A stretch of DNA of 64,000 nt from Camelus dromedarius (lineage: Eukaryota): positions 39,310,001 to 39,374,000 of the forward strand of contig NC_087436.1 of NCBI RefSeq assembly GCF_036321535.1, written 5' to 3'. The translations under genes were made by a program, and so were the position numbers. Below the pieces are notes generated by a model, which saw only the letters and a program-made list of their open reading frames with translations, was not told the DNA's origin and ran no database searches. Below are positions 12,196 through 63,500 of the stretch, piece after piece; the stretch's first letter is position 1, and every line of letters begins with the position of its first letter.

Positions 12196-14275
12196 TCTGT
12201 GCTGTAAGAACACCTTCATTTTCAACTTCCCAGATCCAGTATAATCAGCTTGTAGGATTTAGCTGCCTTCTGTATAGACTATATAACAAGAATGGTGTAT
12301 TCAGACTTTTCTTCGTTATAGAGATGCCAAGACCAAACCACACAGACTGCAAACTTTATCAGAGTTCTCCCCGTGGGATCTTTCTAGGTTGCGCCTCATT
12401 TTCTTTGAGCATCTATTTTTATTTTGGATTACAATCTGTGAACAGTTTAACATTGCTTTCATTAGTGATGATTTCCCAAGTATCCTCTACCCCTACCTTG
12501 CTCTCTTAATTGCATATTTGCATTATTGTTTGTTTAATGTCTTTCTATGCTCCTGGGCTGTATGTCCTACCAAGTCACACAACAAACCCGGCACCGATTG
12601 CACAGATGTTAAAGAGAATGGCAGGGAAACTGATGGTATATAAATATAGGAAGACTTCAAACAATGTATTAGTAGTGCCAAGGAGTTATTGATTGATATA
12701 CTTTGTTGTCTACTGCTTTGACATGGAATAAGAACCAGAAGTTCTAACACTGAACCTGATTTCTCAATTCTTGCCTGTGGTCCATATGCACAAAAAAGAG
12801 ATAGGTTTTATTCAATTGAAGTATTTTAATTAAAATTTAGTACCAATAAGATATTTGGCATAACACTTGTAGTCCAAAAGTATAAGCAAAAGGTTCAGGT
12901 ATTAGTCTCCCCTGCTTCCTTCCCAGCACCCCCATCACTTGCGTGTTATGTAAACTCATGCTACACAGGACCAGAGCCAGGAATAGCCAGATGAGGGTTT
13001 TAGAGCTGGACTCTCCATCCTTTCACGTTTTCCATTTAAGAGAAGAACAGAAAAGAAAGAGCCGGCAGGGATATACTGGAGGCCAAAAGATTAAAGCACA
13101 TTTACACACAAGATTATAAGATGTGAAAACATTTCTGAGGTAAGTATGATATAATGCCTTGGTAAGAAGTAAACAAAACTTAGTTTTTGGAAAGTCATCT
13201 AGTTTTTGTTTTTGTTTTTGTTTTTGTTTTCTTTAAAAAAGCCATATACAGTAAAGTTGAACTCAGAAGAAAATTGAGACTAGCTCTTTCTGGGCTCCTG
13301 CACACTACTGGAGAGCAGATAAGCAGACATCTGGAGAGAGCAAAGAAAACCCTCTGATGGTTTTCTGCACGGCCTGAGAGAGATGAAACAAGGCAGTGGA
13401 ATTTAGAAACCCAAAAAGAAAATGTAAACAGTTCAAAAACTTTTAACATTCTTTACTGTCACCTCAGTTGTCTGAAGACCCTTCTTACTGATCCATCATC
13501 CAGTTTCCAAAAGAGTGAAAATAGAAAACAATTAAATTCAAGTGTGTTTAACAGCCTCAATACAGTCATAATTCGACACCAGTTTGTTCCTAGACATTCC
13601 TTTTCAGTTCTGCAAGTTTGAATCTGCCAGGACTGGAATGCTTAGGTGTTAGTGGCCGACAATTTCAGTAATTTTAGGCTGGGCCTGCCTTTGAGTAAAT
13701 CATATCAGTAAAAATAAGGTTAATTTTCCTTCCATTACCTCTGCTTTGTCTAGCAAATAATTGCATCAGCTTTCATTTCTAAAGTATCTCAGGGAATTGA
13801 TTATAGTCCTTGAACTCTTTGAAAATAAAAGGATGAGTGAAGTAAACTTGGCTGGAGTTTATGCAAACTGCAGACTTTAATACTAGCGTAACTCTTCTTA
13901 AAAGCATCTCCTGATCTCAGAGGTTGAAGTTGTAAAACAGAGCAGCAACCAAAGTCATGATCGATGATTGGATTTTTTTTACCCAGAAAAAGCTACCTTA
14001 TCCTTAGATTTTTATTATCTTTCACTTCTCATTCTGATTCTCCGTTCATTGTCTTAAGAACCTCTTGTTGGCACCTGTAGCTTGTTTGCTTCTCTTTTGT
14101 CCCCTCAGATTATTTCTTACTATTACCAGTTGAAGAGGTTACACATTTATCACTTTATACCTTTCACACAAGAAATTTTTATTTGAAAAATGTTACTTAT
14201 GTCAGTATTTGAATATGTATATGTGTATTTCAATCAGACTCCTCGAATGGTTTTAGAATCTACTACGACTTCCCA

Positions 14276-14507
14276 GCTGTGAAAGATGTGTCATGGTTTC
14301 CACACGTGTTTATGAGGAAGAAGCAGCTGAAATATTTATTGTTTTGTTCTGGCAAAGCCTGACTGGCCACCTTGAGAATCTTTTGTGAGACACTGTGTCA
14401 TGGGATAAAGAAACAGAAGAGGCAGAGTCAGCCTCCTTGCCTAAATAAGTGAACGTTATTATGTATTTCTTCAGAGTTGCATTTTTGAAGAAATATTTTG
14501 TATACTG
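14276..14507 (+). repeat. Local direct duplication, copy 1 (~230 bp)
   Basis: Aligns with 15439-15660 over its length. Confidence 0.92.
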
Positions 14508-15438
14508 TGCCTCTCAATTTTTTTTTAACCATCAGATTGTGTCAGAAGTTCTTGAAAGGTAGATTCCCTGTCTTCTAGGTCATTTTTACAATAACGTGTT
14601 ACACTAACAAGTTAGCTGATTTAAATTCTTTTACTAATAAACACCTTTAGAAACTCAAGCCTGTCTCTAACTCTGCTGTTAAATATGCACGCTCTCCTGA
14701 GCTGAGTGGTTTTGAGAGAGGAAAGGTGGTTCTGTACAGATCTGATAACAAGTTAGTTATCTCATATCCGATAATGTGTGCAGGCATAGTACTCTGTCCC
14801 ACACGTGGATTCCTTGTCACAGCCCTACGGGTGGGACACCAGAGCGACACCCATGCTGTAGATCAGAAGAGACCAGAAACAAGACAATCCAGTCCATCTC
14901 TGGCTTCCTGGAGGCAAGAGGTGGGGGAGAGGGCAGTGCAGAGGGAGTGACTCTGAATATATTTGTTTTTTATCCTTTCCTTGATTCTTTTGTATATTAT
15001 ACTACCTGGTTTTTTTTTTTGTTTGTTTTTTGTTTTTTGTTTTCTGCTCTGAGACCTCACAACTCATTTCTGAAACCTCACTAGTGGATTAGTTCTCATG
15101 TTGAACATGTAGGCAAGACAAACAGTAGATCTCTCTCCCTCTCTTTTTTTTTTTCCCTAAGAAAACAGCAGAAAATGGCCTTATGGCCCCACCTCATTGC
15201 CACTTTCCTCCTGCTCTGCGTGTCTGACTCCATTAAAGAGCAGTCAGCTTTATTTACGCCTTTTTCTTTAAAGGAAAACTTAGTTGATGTGCCAAACCCG
15301 GTAGTTGTCAAGCTTTTCTAGACATGTTATCTTTAAGGAGATTTACAAAAACAAGAAGAATCTTTGTGGTTTTATTCTGAGAGCCAGAAGCGCTGAGAAA
15401 CAAGGCAGACTTCTACTGCTGAGCATTTTAACTTTCAA

Positions 15439-15660
15439 GCTGCAGAAGATGTGTTATGGTTTCCACGCATGTTTATGAGGAAGAAGCAGCTGAAATATTT
15501 ATTGTTTTGTTCTGGCAAAGCCTGACCAGCCACCTTAAGAGTCCTTCGTGAGACATTGTGTCATGGAATAAAGAAACAGAAAAGGCAGAATCAGGCTCCT
15601 TGCCTAAATAAGTGAACGTCTTCAGACAGTTGCATTTTTGAAGAAACGTTTTGTATACTG
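15439..15660 (+). repeat. Local direct duplication, copy 2
   Basis: Shares long exact blocks with copy 1, e.g. tgtttatgaggaagaagcagctgaaatatttattgttttgttctggcaaagcctgac. Confidence 0.92.
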
Positions 15661-16112
15661 CAATGGAACTGTCTAAACAGCATACTGCTGTGCAAACTAG
15701 AGCCTTTAAAATCAGACCCAATTCCCTTCTTTATTTACAGTTAATGAACAAACTTAGCAAAATATGTGATACAAGTTGTCCAGGACATCTTCAGCATAAG
15801 CTTTGTTAAGTATTATTATCATCATTGTATTTTTTCTCTTTCTGTCTCCACACACGTAGGTAAATATACATACACACATATACATTAATATGAGTATATG
15901 CTTATAAATTAGATGTGCAGTTAAATTCATTTCTGTTTGGGTATCGCCTTGAATGTCCAGGGAGGCATCCTTACTCCCCTGGTGAACGCTAAGGGTTGAG
16001 TTCCTTAACGAGCCCATTAGAAGAGTTTTCCAGTTACAGCTAACACCTAGGACTTCTGAAATACCTGGAAATCCCATGTGCACCTGTCTCTTACTTCACT
16101 TGCTTCCTGTAG

Positions 16113-53842
<37,730 letters not shown>

Positions 53843-54530
53843 CTGAACCTTCTGGACTGTTGAATCTGCATTTCTAAGGAGATAATCTCCTTCTTGGTGC
53901 CTAATTCTCCAGATGCTAATAGGCTACTTTTAATTTCTTGCTCATTTTCAGAATATCTTTCCAAGATGGCATTTAGGACTTCATCTTTGGTGCTCAGGTA
54001 TAAAGCCAGTGAAGGTACACTTGTACCTTAAAGGGAACAGTCAATTTCTGATTGCACAATTTTTACCTGTTAAAATTGATACACTTTGCATTTCATGGAA
54101 GGCATAGTTTACAGAACTTGTAAACATTCTCAATTTTGTGTTAGACATATAAATTATTTTTCAAAATGTATACATTTGGGGTAAACAGTTGTTTTGGTTC
54201 TTCTCCCATTTGCAGTGAGGGAAAAAAACCTTAATTTTTACATTGTACTTTTTTTTTAAAACCATGTAACCCCACTGAACATGTTTTTCAACTTAAGGTT
54301 TGCATAGCAGACTTTTAAATAACGTTGGAATCTATTTGGTAGAACAATTTGTGTTCTACATTTTTTTCATAATTATATGTTGTGTATATTAAAACTATTT
54401 TCCAGTTGTTCTGTCTATAAAAACTGTCTTTATCAATATTCTTAATGGTTCTCTGCACAATTCTGAAGGTTTCTACCTGTATATAATGGAACTTAACCAG
54501 TATCAATAAATCACTTCATATGCTCTTAGC
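53843..54530 (+). other. SEC24D: Probable SEC24D 3' UTR (end approximate)
   Basis: AT-rich sequence between the stop codon and the first AATAAA. Confidence 0.7.
54505..54510 (+). terminator. Polyadenylation signal AATAAA, first after the stop (further copies at 54641, 54725, 54845)
   Basis: Canonical hexamer ~660 nt after the stop, followed by T-rich sequence. Confidence 0.6.
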
Positions 54531-55449
54531 CACTAGAATTCATTTTTTTAGGTATTTTGAGATTTTAAAAAGAAATAAGGGTAGTACTTAAAGTGTCTTA
54601 GAAAAAGCTGAAAACTATTTTTTTTTTGAGAGTTGGGGATAATAAATAAATCAATCTAAAATATCAGAGACCATATACTCAAAAAAGGCAATTTAAAAGT
54701 TCTCCGGTATGTTCTTGTGAGCAAAATAAAAACAGGCTACATGAGACTATTAATGAATATACATAAACCTAGGAGAGTAGTTTTAAGTGGTGTGACAAGT
54801 TATCTGTTCTTATTGCTCTCTTCGACTTTGATATCAATGATGTGAATAAATAAAAGCTAAAGTACACTGAATGCATATGATGTCCCAAGAACTGCATTAC
54901 CTATTTTGTGAACATTTCCACATTTAGTCTTGACAGCAACCCTAATCTTATTATCAGCCCCATTCACACATGAAGAAACAGGCTTGAAGTAGCTAACTAC
55001 TTTGTCTATGATTATATGGCTAATAAGGTGTATTTTAAAATTTGAAGATAACGTGAAATTGAGTAGAATAACAAATATACTGACAGGATTAAAATCTTCC
55101 CACAAGTTAGCCATCTGGCATGATGTTTCAGATTCATCGATTTGGATGAGTTTAACAAGAAATGTAGGATCCTGAACTTGTGTCCAAAAAACAAATGCAC
55201 ATGCAGATGCTTCTTGGAAACAACAGGCATTTTAAAAAGAACTTAGGGGATTAGTCAGTATGAACCTATAGTGGGATGAAAGCGTATATGGTCTCAAGCT
55301 ACTTTTTACAAGGATAGCCTGTCAAATGTGTCTGGCGATGGTCCCACTTTGAGGTGAGACCACACCTAGAGCAGTTCTAGGCACCAGGCTCTATGTGAGA
55401 CAGAAGTCCAGAACACACTCCTAATTCACTTGAAGACAATCTAATGAAT

Positions 55450-57372
55450 CAGCTCAGCCAAGATGGCAGAGTAGAAAGACCTTGAGCTCATCTCCTCTCA
55501 CAGGCACACCAGAGTCACAGCTATTTGCAGAGCAAACATCAATGAAAAAGACTGAAACTTCTAGAAGTAAAGATATAAAGAAGGAACCACAAGTCAGGTA
55601 AGAGGGGTAGACTGGAGATATAGTCAAGCCCCATACCCCAAGATGGAAGAATAATTACAATTGCAAAGGTTCTTCCAAAGGAGTGAGAGGTCTGAACCCC
55701 ACACTGGGCTCCTGCACTGGGAAGATGAGCCCCCCAAGAGCATCTGGCTGTGAAGGCCAGTGGGACTTAGCTTTGAGAGTCTCAGGGGGTAGGGGAGAAC
55801 CTACCTGCTGATCCTGGAGAGTCTCCCTGAGAGACAGGAGGTAACTGCAGCTCACCCTGGGGACGCAGACATTAGTGGCAGTCATTTTTAGAAGCTTGCT
55901 CTACCACGTAGACTGGTGCTGGCAAGTAGCACTTTGGAACCTTCCCTGTAGCTTATTAGCCCCAGGACCCAGCCCTGCCCTGGCACCCAACAGCCTGTAC
56001 GCACCAGTGTTGGGACACCTCAGACCAAGCAACTAACTGGGTGGGAACACGGCCCCACCTACCAGCAGACAGGCTCCTTTAAGAGTCCCTAGACATTGCC
56101 CTGCCCACCAGAGGGTCTAGGACCTGGTGCCACACACCAGGCACAGGCACTAGACCCGGGATTCCCAGAGCCCTCTAGCCAGAGACTCAGGGACCCAGCT
56201 CCACCCACCAATGGACAGGGACCAGTCCCAGAATCCCCTGGGCCCTGGCCCCGGCCCCGGCCTCCAGGGAGACCGCTCTAGCCCAGAAATAAACCCATGA
56301 ACTTATGGTCAGTTAATCCATGACAAAGGAGGGAAGACTATACAATGGAGAAAAGGTAGTTTCTTCAATAAGTAGTGCTGGGAAAACTGGACAGCTACAT
56401 GTAAAAGAGTGAAATTACAACATTCTCTAGCACCGTATACAAAAATAAACTCAAAATGGATTAAAGACCTAAATGTAAGACCTAAAATCATAAAACCTAG
56501 AAGGCAACATAGGCAGAACACTCTTTAACACAAATCACAGCAATATTTTTTAAGATCTGTCTCTTAAAGCAAAAGAAAAGCAAAAGCAAAAACAAGAGGG
56601 ACCTAATTAAACTTAAAAGTTTTCACACAGCAAAGGAAGCCATCAACAAAATGAAAAAACAACCTGCTGAATGAGAGAAAATATTTGCAAATGATATGAC
56701 AGATAAGGGGCTAATATCTAAAATATATAAACATCTGATACAACATCAAAAGAATAAACAACCCAATTAAAAAATGGGTAGAAGACCTGAACATTTTTCC
56801 AAAGAAGACATACAGATGGCCAACAGACACATGAAAAGATGCTCAGTATTGCTGATCATCATAGAAATGGAAATTGAAACCACAATAAGGCATCATCTCA
56901 CACCCACCAGAATGGCTCTCCATCAAAAAGACCACAAATAAATACTGGAGAGGATGTGGAGAAAAGGGAACCCTTGTACACTGTTGGTGGGACTGTAAAT
57001 TGGTAAAGCCACTGTGGAAAACAGTATGGAGCGTCCTCAAAAAATTAAATAGAACTACCATATGACCCAGCAATTCCACTCCTGGGTATATATCTGGGGG
57101 AAAAAAATTACACTAATTCAAAAAGATACACACACCCCAAAGTCCACAGCAGCATTATTTACAATTGCCAAGATATGGAAACAAGTGTCCATCAACAAAT
57201 AAAGGAAAAATACATGGTGTATATATACAATGGACTACTCAGCCATAAAAAAGAATGAAATTTTGTCATTTGCAACAACATGGATGAACCTGGAGGATTA
57301 TGCTAAGTGAAGTAAGTCAGAGAAAGCCAAATACTGTATGATATCACTTATATGTAGAAATCTAAAAAAATA
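55450..57372 (+). mobile_element. Degenerate L1: 5'-UTR-like segment joined to the 3' third of ORF2
   Basis: caagatggcagagtagaaagacc start and GC-rich UTR-like sequence to ~56280, then agcccagaaataaaccc...gaactaccatatgacccagcaattccactcctggg...tgctaagtgaagtaagtcag. Confidence 0.85.
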
Positions 57373-57391
57373 AAACCACCACATGGATTTC

Positions 57392-57560
57392 TATACTAGC
57401 TCCACCACTAGCTGTGTGATACAGGTGAGTCAGAAGGCTTTCGGTACCTCAGTTTCCTACTCATTTGTTCCAAGGATTAAGTTAATAAGTGTAAAATGCT
57501 AGAACAGTCCCTGGCACACAGTGCCATCCAGTCATCACGGTTCATTGTTGTTACTATTTT
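57392..57560 (+). mobile_element. MIR SINE fragment
   Basis: cactagctgtgtga...cctcagtttcc...aggattaa...tagaacagtccctggcacacagt. Confidence 0.65.
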
Positions 57561-60500
57561 ATTAGGGTTTTAAATTAAACTTGCTAAGGATCATGAAAAC
57601 TAGGACTAACCTGACTCCTATATGCCATGAGTATCTTAACTGATAATCTCAAAACCAAGCATCTTTAAATGCTATAGAAGCATCTAGTTAAAAGATAGTT
57701 TCAGCAATTAAAATAAACTCATCAATATGAGAAAACTGCAACCCAAGCTGTTTTAAATGTTGAATCAAAACTTCAGTAATATATAAACCAAAGGGAAGAA
57801 TCTGACTTTTGATTGTTGGAGAACCGTTATCAAAAAATAAGAGTTCACTCATTCAAGAAGTTACATGTTTGAGGGTGTTATTAAATGGTACTAACTCTAC
57901 TTCCTAGAAATGGAACCTAATGACAGTAGACTGAGAATAATTAGGAATAGTTTATCAGTCTTTTTTTTTTTTCAAATGTTGTCAGATGGAAACATGTTTC
58001 TCTATTAATAAAACGACAGAGTAAAGATCAAAATTCAGATCATGGTCAAAGATAATCTGAAATTGAACTTCACCTCCACTAGGAGGCATTATAGACCGTT
58101 GTCTGAAACCTCCCAGAAAGGTTAGTCAGTAGTCTTCCAGAGAAGACAATTCTTTGGGGAGAATTAACTATGTAAATTATAGCTGCTGAAAACACAAGAT
58201 GTAATACTGAATAATCTCGATAAAAAGGAAAAAAAAAATCTTAGTTGAAAGAGGCAACAGAACCCCCTAGTCATCCTCTCCAGTGGGTGTCTCCTGGCCT
58301 CTGCTTAAGAACTAGTGATGGACAGCTTACTACTTCTCAAGCAGTCATTTGTGACCAGTTCTGTTTGTTAGAAAATTATATTAAGCAGACTGTTTTTCTG
58401 AAATTTCCCCTTTTTGTGCAAACTCTGTCTTTTGAGGCCACAGGTGAATTCTTCCACTTGATCGCAGTTTTCAGATAGTTCAAAGGCTATCACATATCCT
58501 TATGTCCCTTGTCCAGGCCAAACTCTCCCAGTTCCCATAGTATGTCCTTACAATCTCCAGAGCCATTGTCATCCAAACTTAAAACATGACAATCCAGTTT
58601 TAAGTCACATAAAGAAAAAAGTCAATTTGGGGAAGCAAAGTGACTAGTGTCTAGTTAAAGAACTGGCATTACAATAGTGACTGCAGATCCAGTCTCAAAA
58701 ATATAAGTTGTGCAAGAATTTTTATAGTGTGCTTTTTATTTTCATGACATTAAAAAAAATTACCAGTTATATACACAAAGCTCTTCTGTCATAGATTTTT
58801 CAATTTTAAGACCTTTTACAGAGTAAGACTTTAAGTTAGTGTTCTTCAAATTGAGGTATCCCTTGGTTCCATGAAAAACTGTTTCTTTAAAAATATATTA
58901 ATGTTTGAAAAATACAGTTTTAGCATAACGCATGGGTTTTAATGCTACCCCACTTAAGGACTTACTATGCCTATTTGGCAAAAAGGCTATTACATTTATG
59001 AATTAGGGGGAACTCAGATTCAGCACATTGATATGTATTTGCAAGAGCAAACTCCAGTGTACAAAAAAAAAGTCATGTGTTTAATATCAACCTGATTGAA
59101 TCTGAATCTGTTTCACAGGAGTGGCAGGGAAGCTTTCCTATCTCTGGTGCACACTAATGACTGATGTCAAAGCCCCATTGTCTCCTGAAGTCCAGGGCTC
59201 CTATGCTTCCATACTGTGTGGGGGAAATGCAGGTGTAGTCTGGGGACCAGCACTTTTCTGGGTGCAACACCCAGCTATTTCCTGGTGAGGTCATCTCTCC
59301 CTGAGGCAATGTTACCGATCCACAAGCAGTTTTCCCAAGACTCCTGGGTACCACCCTGTGCCCATCATCAAATGTCCTGTCCTCTCCTCACTCTCAGGCA
59401 ATCTCCTCTCCCTCAGGTCCACTATTACAAATAGGAGGAATGTAGTCTAACTTTTTCCTTAAGCTATTATTAACAAGGTGAAACAGATGGGGTTAAATAA
59501 TTTGCCTTACTTTAATAGCTTGCATTTGACATAATTATTTAAAAATGTTTTATCTTTAGGAAAGAATCGTTTATAAGTGGAATCTAAAAAAAGGGACACA
59601 AATGAACTACTTATTATTTATAACTTAGATGATTGATTTCCTGAATATGTGTAAGGACATTTGACTGTCCTTTATGATTGGGTTACTGCATTCTGTTGAT
59701 TCTTATTTCGTGGTTGGCTTTATTCTTTTGATAACTATGTAAGTTTAAAAAGCTAAAGCTCTAAACTGTTCTTAGAAACAATGCAGTACACATATGTAAA
59801 TCTTTAAAAAGTTTATTAAAGAAAGAACTTAAAAAAAACCTTTATATCTTAAGAAAAGAGTCAGATGCTTTTAAAGTCAGACCAAAGGAAACTGACTCTG
59901 TAAGTCCAATGACTTAAGGAGTCAGTGGAAATTACTTTGTTTCCTCAGCCTCAAAGATGATGTTCTCTTATTTGAGAGAAAAAAATCCTTACTATAAAAA
60001 CACTCCTGTTCTGCAGTAAGAAACAGCAGAAAGGAAAAGAAGTAAAAAGAGAAGGGTATTAAAAATCCTCCAGGAATTAGTTCCAATTACTAGTCAAGCA
60101 AAGAGTAAGGGACCATTTATTTATTGAGCACTTACTATGTGCCATACATTAGAAGCTGAGACAGCACACTGCTTCCTTTATAAAGTTAATGACAAAGACT
60201 AATTTCTAAGAGTATGACCAGCAGGTTATAAGCTCAGAACTAAAAGTAGGCAAAAGCCAAGTATCAAACGGAATGGCAATCTTTCACCTGAAAGCAATTA
60301 GACAACTGGGACTGTTCCCCAAAGAGGTCCTGATGCCATTCTGATCCAATATCCTGTCAGTATCATCTCAAGGAGGTGGTGGGATTTAAAATTCAGGGAG
60401 TCAGTTAACTGACAAGCTTACATTTGTGATTATATTTTCTTATATTTTGCTTTGGAAGTTTTTTTGTTTTTTTTTTTACACTACTCTTATATCATGCTTA

Positions 60501-63500
60501 TACGCTTTAAAATTTTTATTTCAGTAACACAGCAGTACAAAAGAGAGCTATAGTCTTGAACTCCTATTTACCATGCATATAAGCCTTGCTTTTTGGACAA
60601 GGCCAAATAATCCCTCCACCTGTGCAGCTTATCTGAATCATGGGCAACATCATTACATTAAAAATCTCTCCTTTACTGCATATGAAAGTATGTACCTACC
60701 CAGAAATCGTTTTGAAAAGCATAAACCTATAAAATGACAGCAAATTCCATAAGACATTTACCTTAGTAATTTAACCAACATAAACTACTAAACTGGTTAT
60801 CTCTAAACAACATTGTGTTTGACTTTTTGTCCTCTGCTTTAAAAAGACAAAAAAAAAAAGCAGAAAAGGCAGAATAGTGATATAGTTATTCACTTATGAC
60901 ATTAACAACTCTAATTGTAAACTAAAAACGTGTGCAGGTGTGGGATTCTATAAAAGGCTTGTTATGTGACAATATAGACCTAGACCCCTACATTTTCTCC
61001 ACTGGACAGATGAGTAGACTGCAGTCACATCACTGTATGCAACTTTAAATTATTAGTCTATGTCTGCAATCTTATTTGTGTGTTCCAAAGTGTACCAACT
61101 ACATAACATGTTCTCAAAGGTGAAAGTTTCCTGCCCCAATCGAGTAAATTTTTTTCTTAAGTAAATTTGGTCACATAGTATTTAGAAGCCAGAATTTAAA
61201 ATATGCATGCAATGGCTAGCCAAATTAATTTTTAAAAATTTTAATTCCATGAAAGGAAAATATAAGCAAAGAACGCAAATTATTTTAACTGCCAACATCT
61301 ACGACAGATTTCACATGAACACTTTAGACTTACCATTTTCCCTCTGTGATGACAATTAGTTGGAGCTGAGCAGTGATGTCCACCTTACCAAGGGCATGAG
61401 CTCTGTCCCCAACCTCTTTTAGGTCTCCACGGTCCTGAGATCAAGTCAGTGGCTATTTACTAAGGTGCTCTGTGCTGCTCCACTTTTCTTAGAGAGAAGC
61501 TGAGAAAACTCACCAATGTACGAAAACAGCACAGATAAAGATAAATGGGAGAAAGTAAATGTGAAAGTAAATATTCCCGTATTTAATATGTAACTTAAGT
61601 GTGTCTAAAAAAGCATTAGGCCACTAGAAAACAAACTCATGGCTTGCCTCACTGATTTATATTATAAGCTTAGTTTCTGTATGCATTTTACATTGTTGAC
61701 TTCAATTTTTTAGAAGTATTTTTTTTAAAAAAAACCTACCGTATCTGATTTCACAGGTACATGAGCACCTCTGGTTACAGAAGCATGAACTGTAACAAAT
61801 ACTCAAGTTGATCACTTCAACATTTTGTCCAATTCTAGAAAAGGAGTTTACTTCAAAAGAACATCTAGATTAAATGAGGTATTTTCTTTGCATGTTGTAG
61901 CTAGTAATGTTTATATCTGAGTAAATGATTGGGGGCCTTGAGAGTAGAAGCAAAGTGGCTTTTCCAGAAATGGAGTCTTCAATGGGCTCAATTTTCTGGA
62001 TAATTGTTCTAACCTTCTGCGAAGTCCTAGATTTATAGCTTCAAAACTGATAGCATATACTTGGGACACAAGCTGGATAGTTCAGTCCCTATCACCAACA
62101 TCAAAGATAGGATAATACTAAAAGTCCCACATGGACCCCAAGATTACATGACTGTTCTAAGAAAGGCCTTTCTTATAAGCAAAGGCTTATGTTTTTAATA
62201 GCTCACTGAAATGTGGGACACTTTCAGATCAGAGACTACTATTTAGAATGAACCCTAACTAGGCAATCATTTTGTCTAGTTAATTAAATCAGCAAAATCT
62301 GGAACTATACTTTAAAGACCAAATCTTATCTTCTTAAATTCAGGATGAAAATAATATGAATTTTAAAATTAGCTGCTGTAACTAATCAGAACATTGTTAA
62401 TTTAGCAGTTAAGATGGGTACAAAGTATTTTTAAAAATACAAAAGGGAATCATTCCTAGTAACAGCTATGACACAAGACTCTCAGCTATGGGCAGCACAC
62501 TGTAACTCCCAGGCATCCTACCATTAGGATTGTCAATTTAAAATGAAACTATGGCCTAACATTCAGTTTTCAGATAAGAGAGAGATGTGTTTAAGTTTCC
62601 ACATTTATGAGCTAAGGACTCATGGGTGGCTCTTCTACTTACCAAACTATCAGCGGGATACTGCTGATGTAGTTCTTATCCAACTCTGGACATAGGATCT
62701 GGCTGCCATGCCAGACTCCACACTCGATCTGCCCCCTTCCCAGCTTGACACCTCTCATGCTGTCTTGTCTCATGGTGACCATTCTATACTTTGACTGATG
62801 TCCCACAATTCCCTGGAACTAATCTGGTTTAGCAGTGTTTGGGTATGGTATCCCCGACCGCAAAATCCATTCCAGCTGACTTCATCAACCTCTTCCCTTT
62901 TTCTATTCTATACAATGAAGACAGTCAAAAAGAACTGTAATACTATGGGCCTTCTCATCTCCATCCTCTGAAAGGAGAGTGGTTAACAGAGATAACTGCT
63001 GTCAATGAAAATAAACATCAACATTTGGCTTAGAATACCTGGAACTGTAATTATGTATATTAGGTATGCAGATCTTAAAATTTTTAAACTGAAAAAGTAT
63101 AGGGTTATTACAGAGTTATTAGCTTCTATCTCCAATAAGAAATCAGTAAGTAAAGCAACTACAACTTATTTTTGGTGATCCCTAGATAACTTTGTGAAAA
63201 TTAAGATGTACATATATAGATGATCAAAACTCAGAAAAGGTCAGAGTAATGAGTTTTCACTGGAAATGGTTCCTCAATGAATAAAGAAGCTATTGTAAAA
63301 TTGATACCCAACATTTACTGAAAGTGAAGGGTAGCAAAACTAGTGAGTCAATTCCATCCTATTATAAAAATGGCCATTACATTGCTGAAGGGAAATTCTA
63401 GGCTTGCATTTTTTCCTATCACCTACTCTTTTCTTATTTGCTCTGTACTGAATATGGTGGGCTGTGGCCCCCTTTAACTTTCAATCTACAAAAAGCCATT

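Noticed and set aside
1..16112. Upstream SEC24D coding exons (Pro-rich N-terminus, GNASPRFIRC exon)
   Set aside because: Not found in the window; presumably upstream of position 1, so not evidence of gene truncation.
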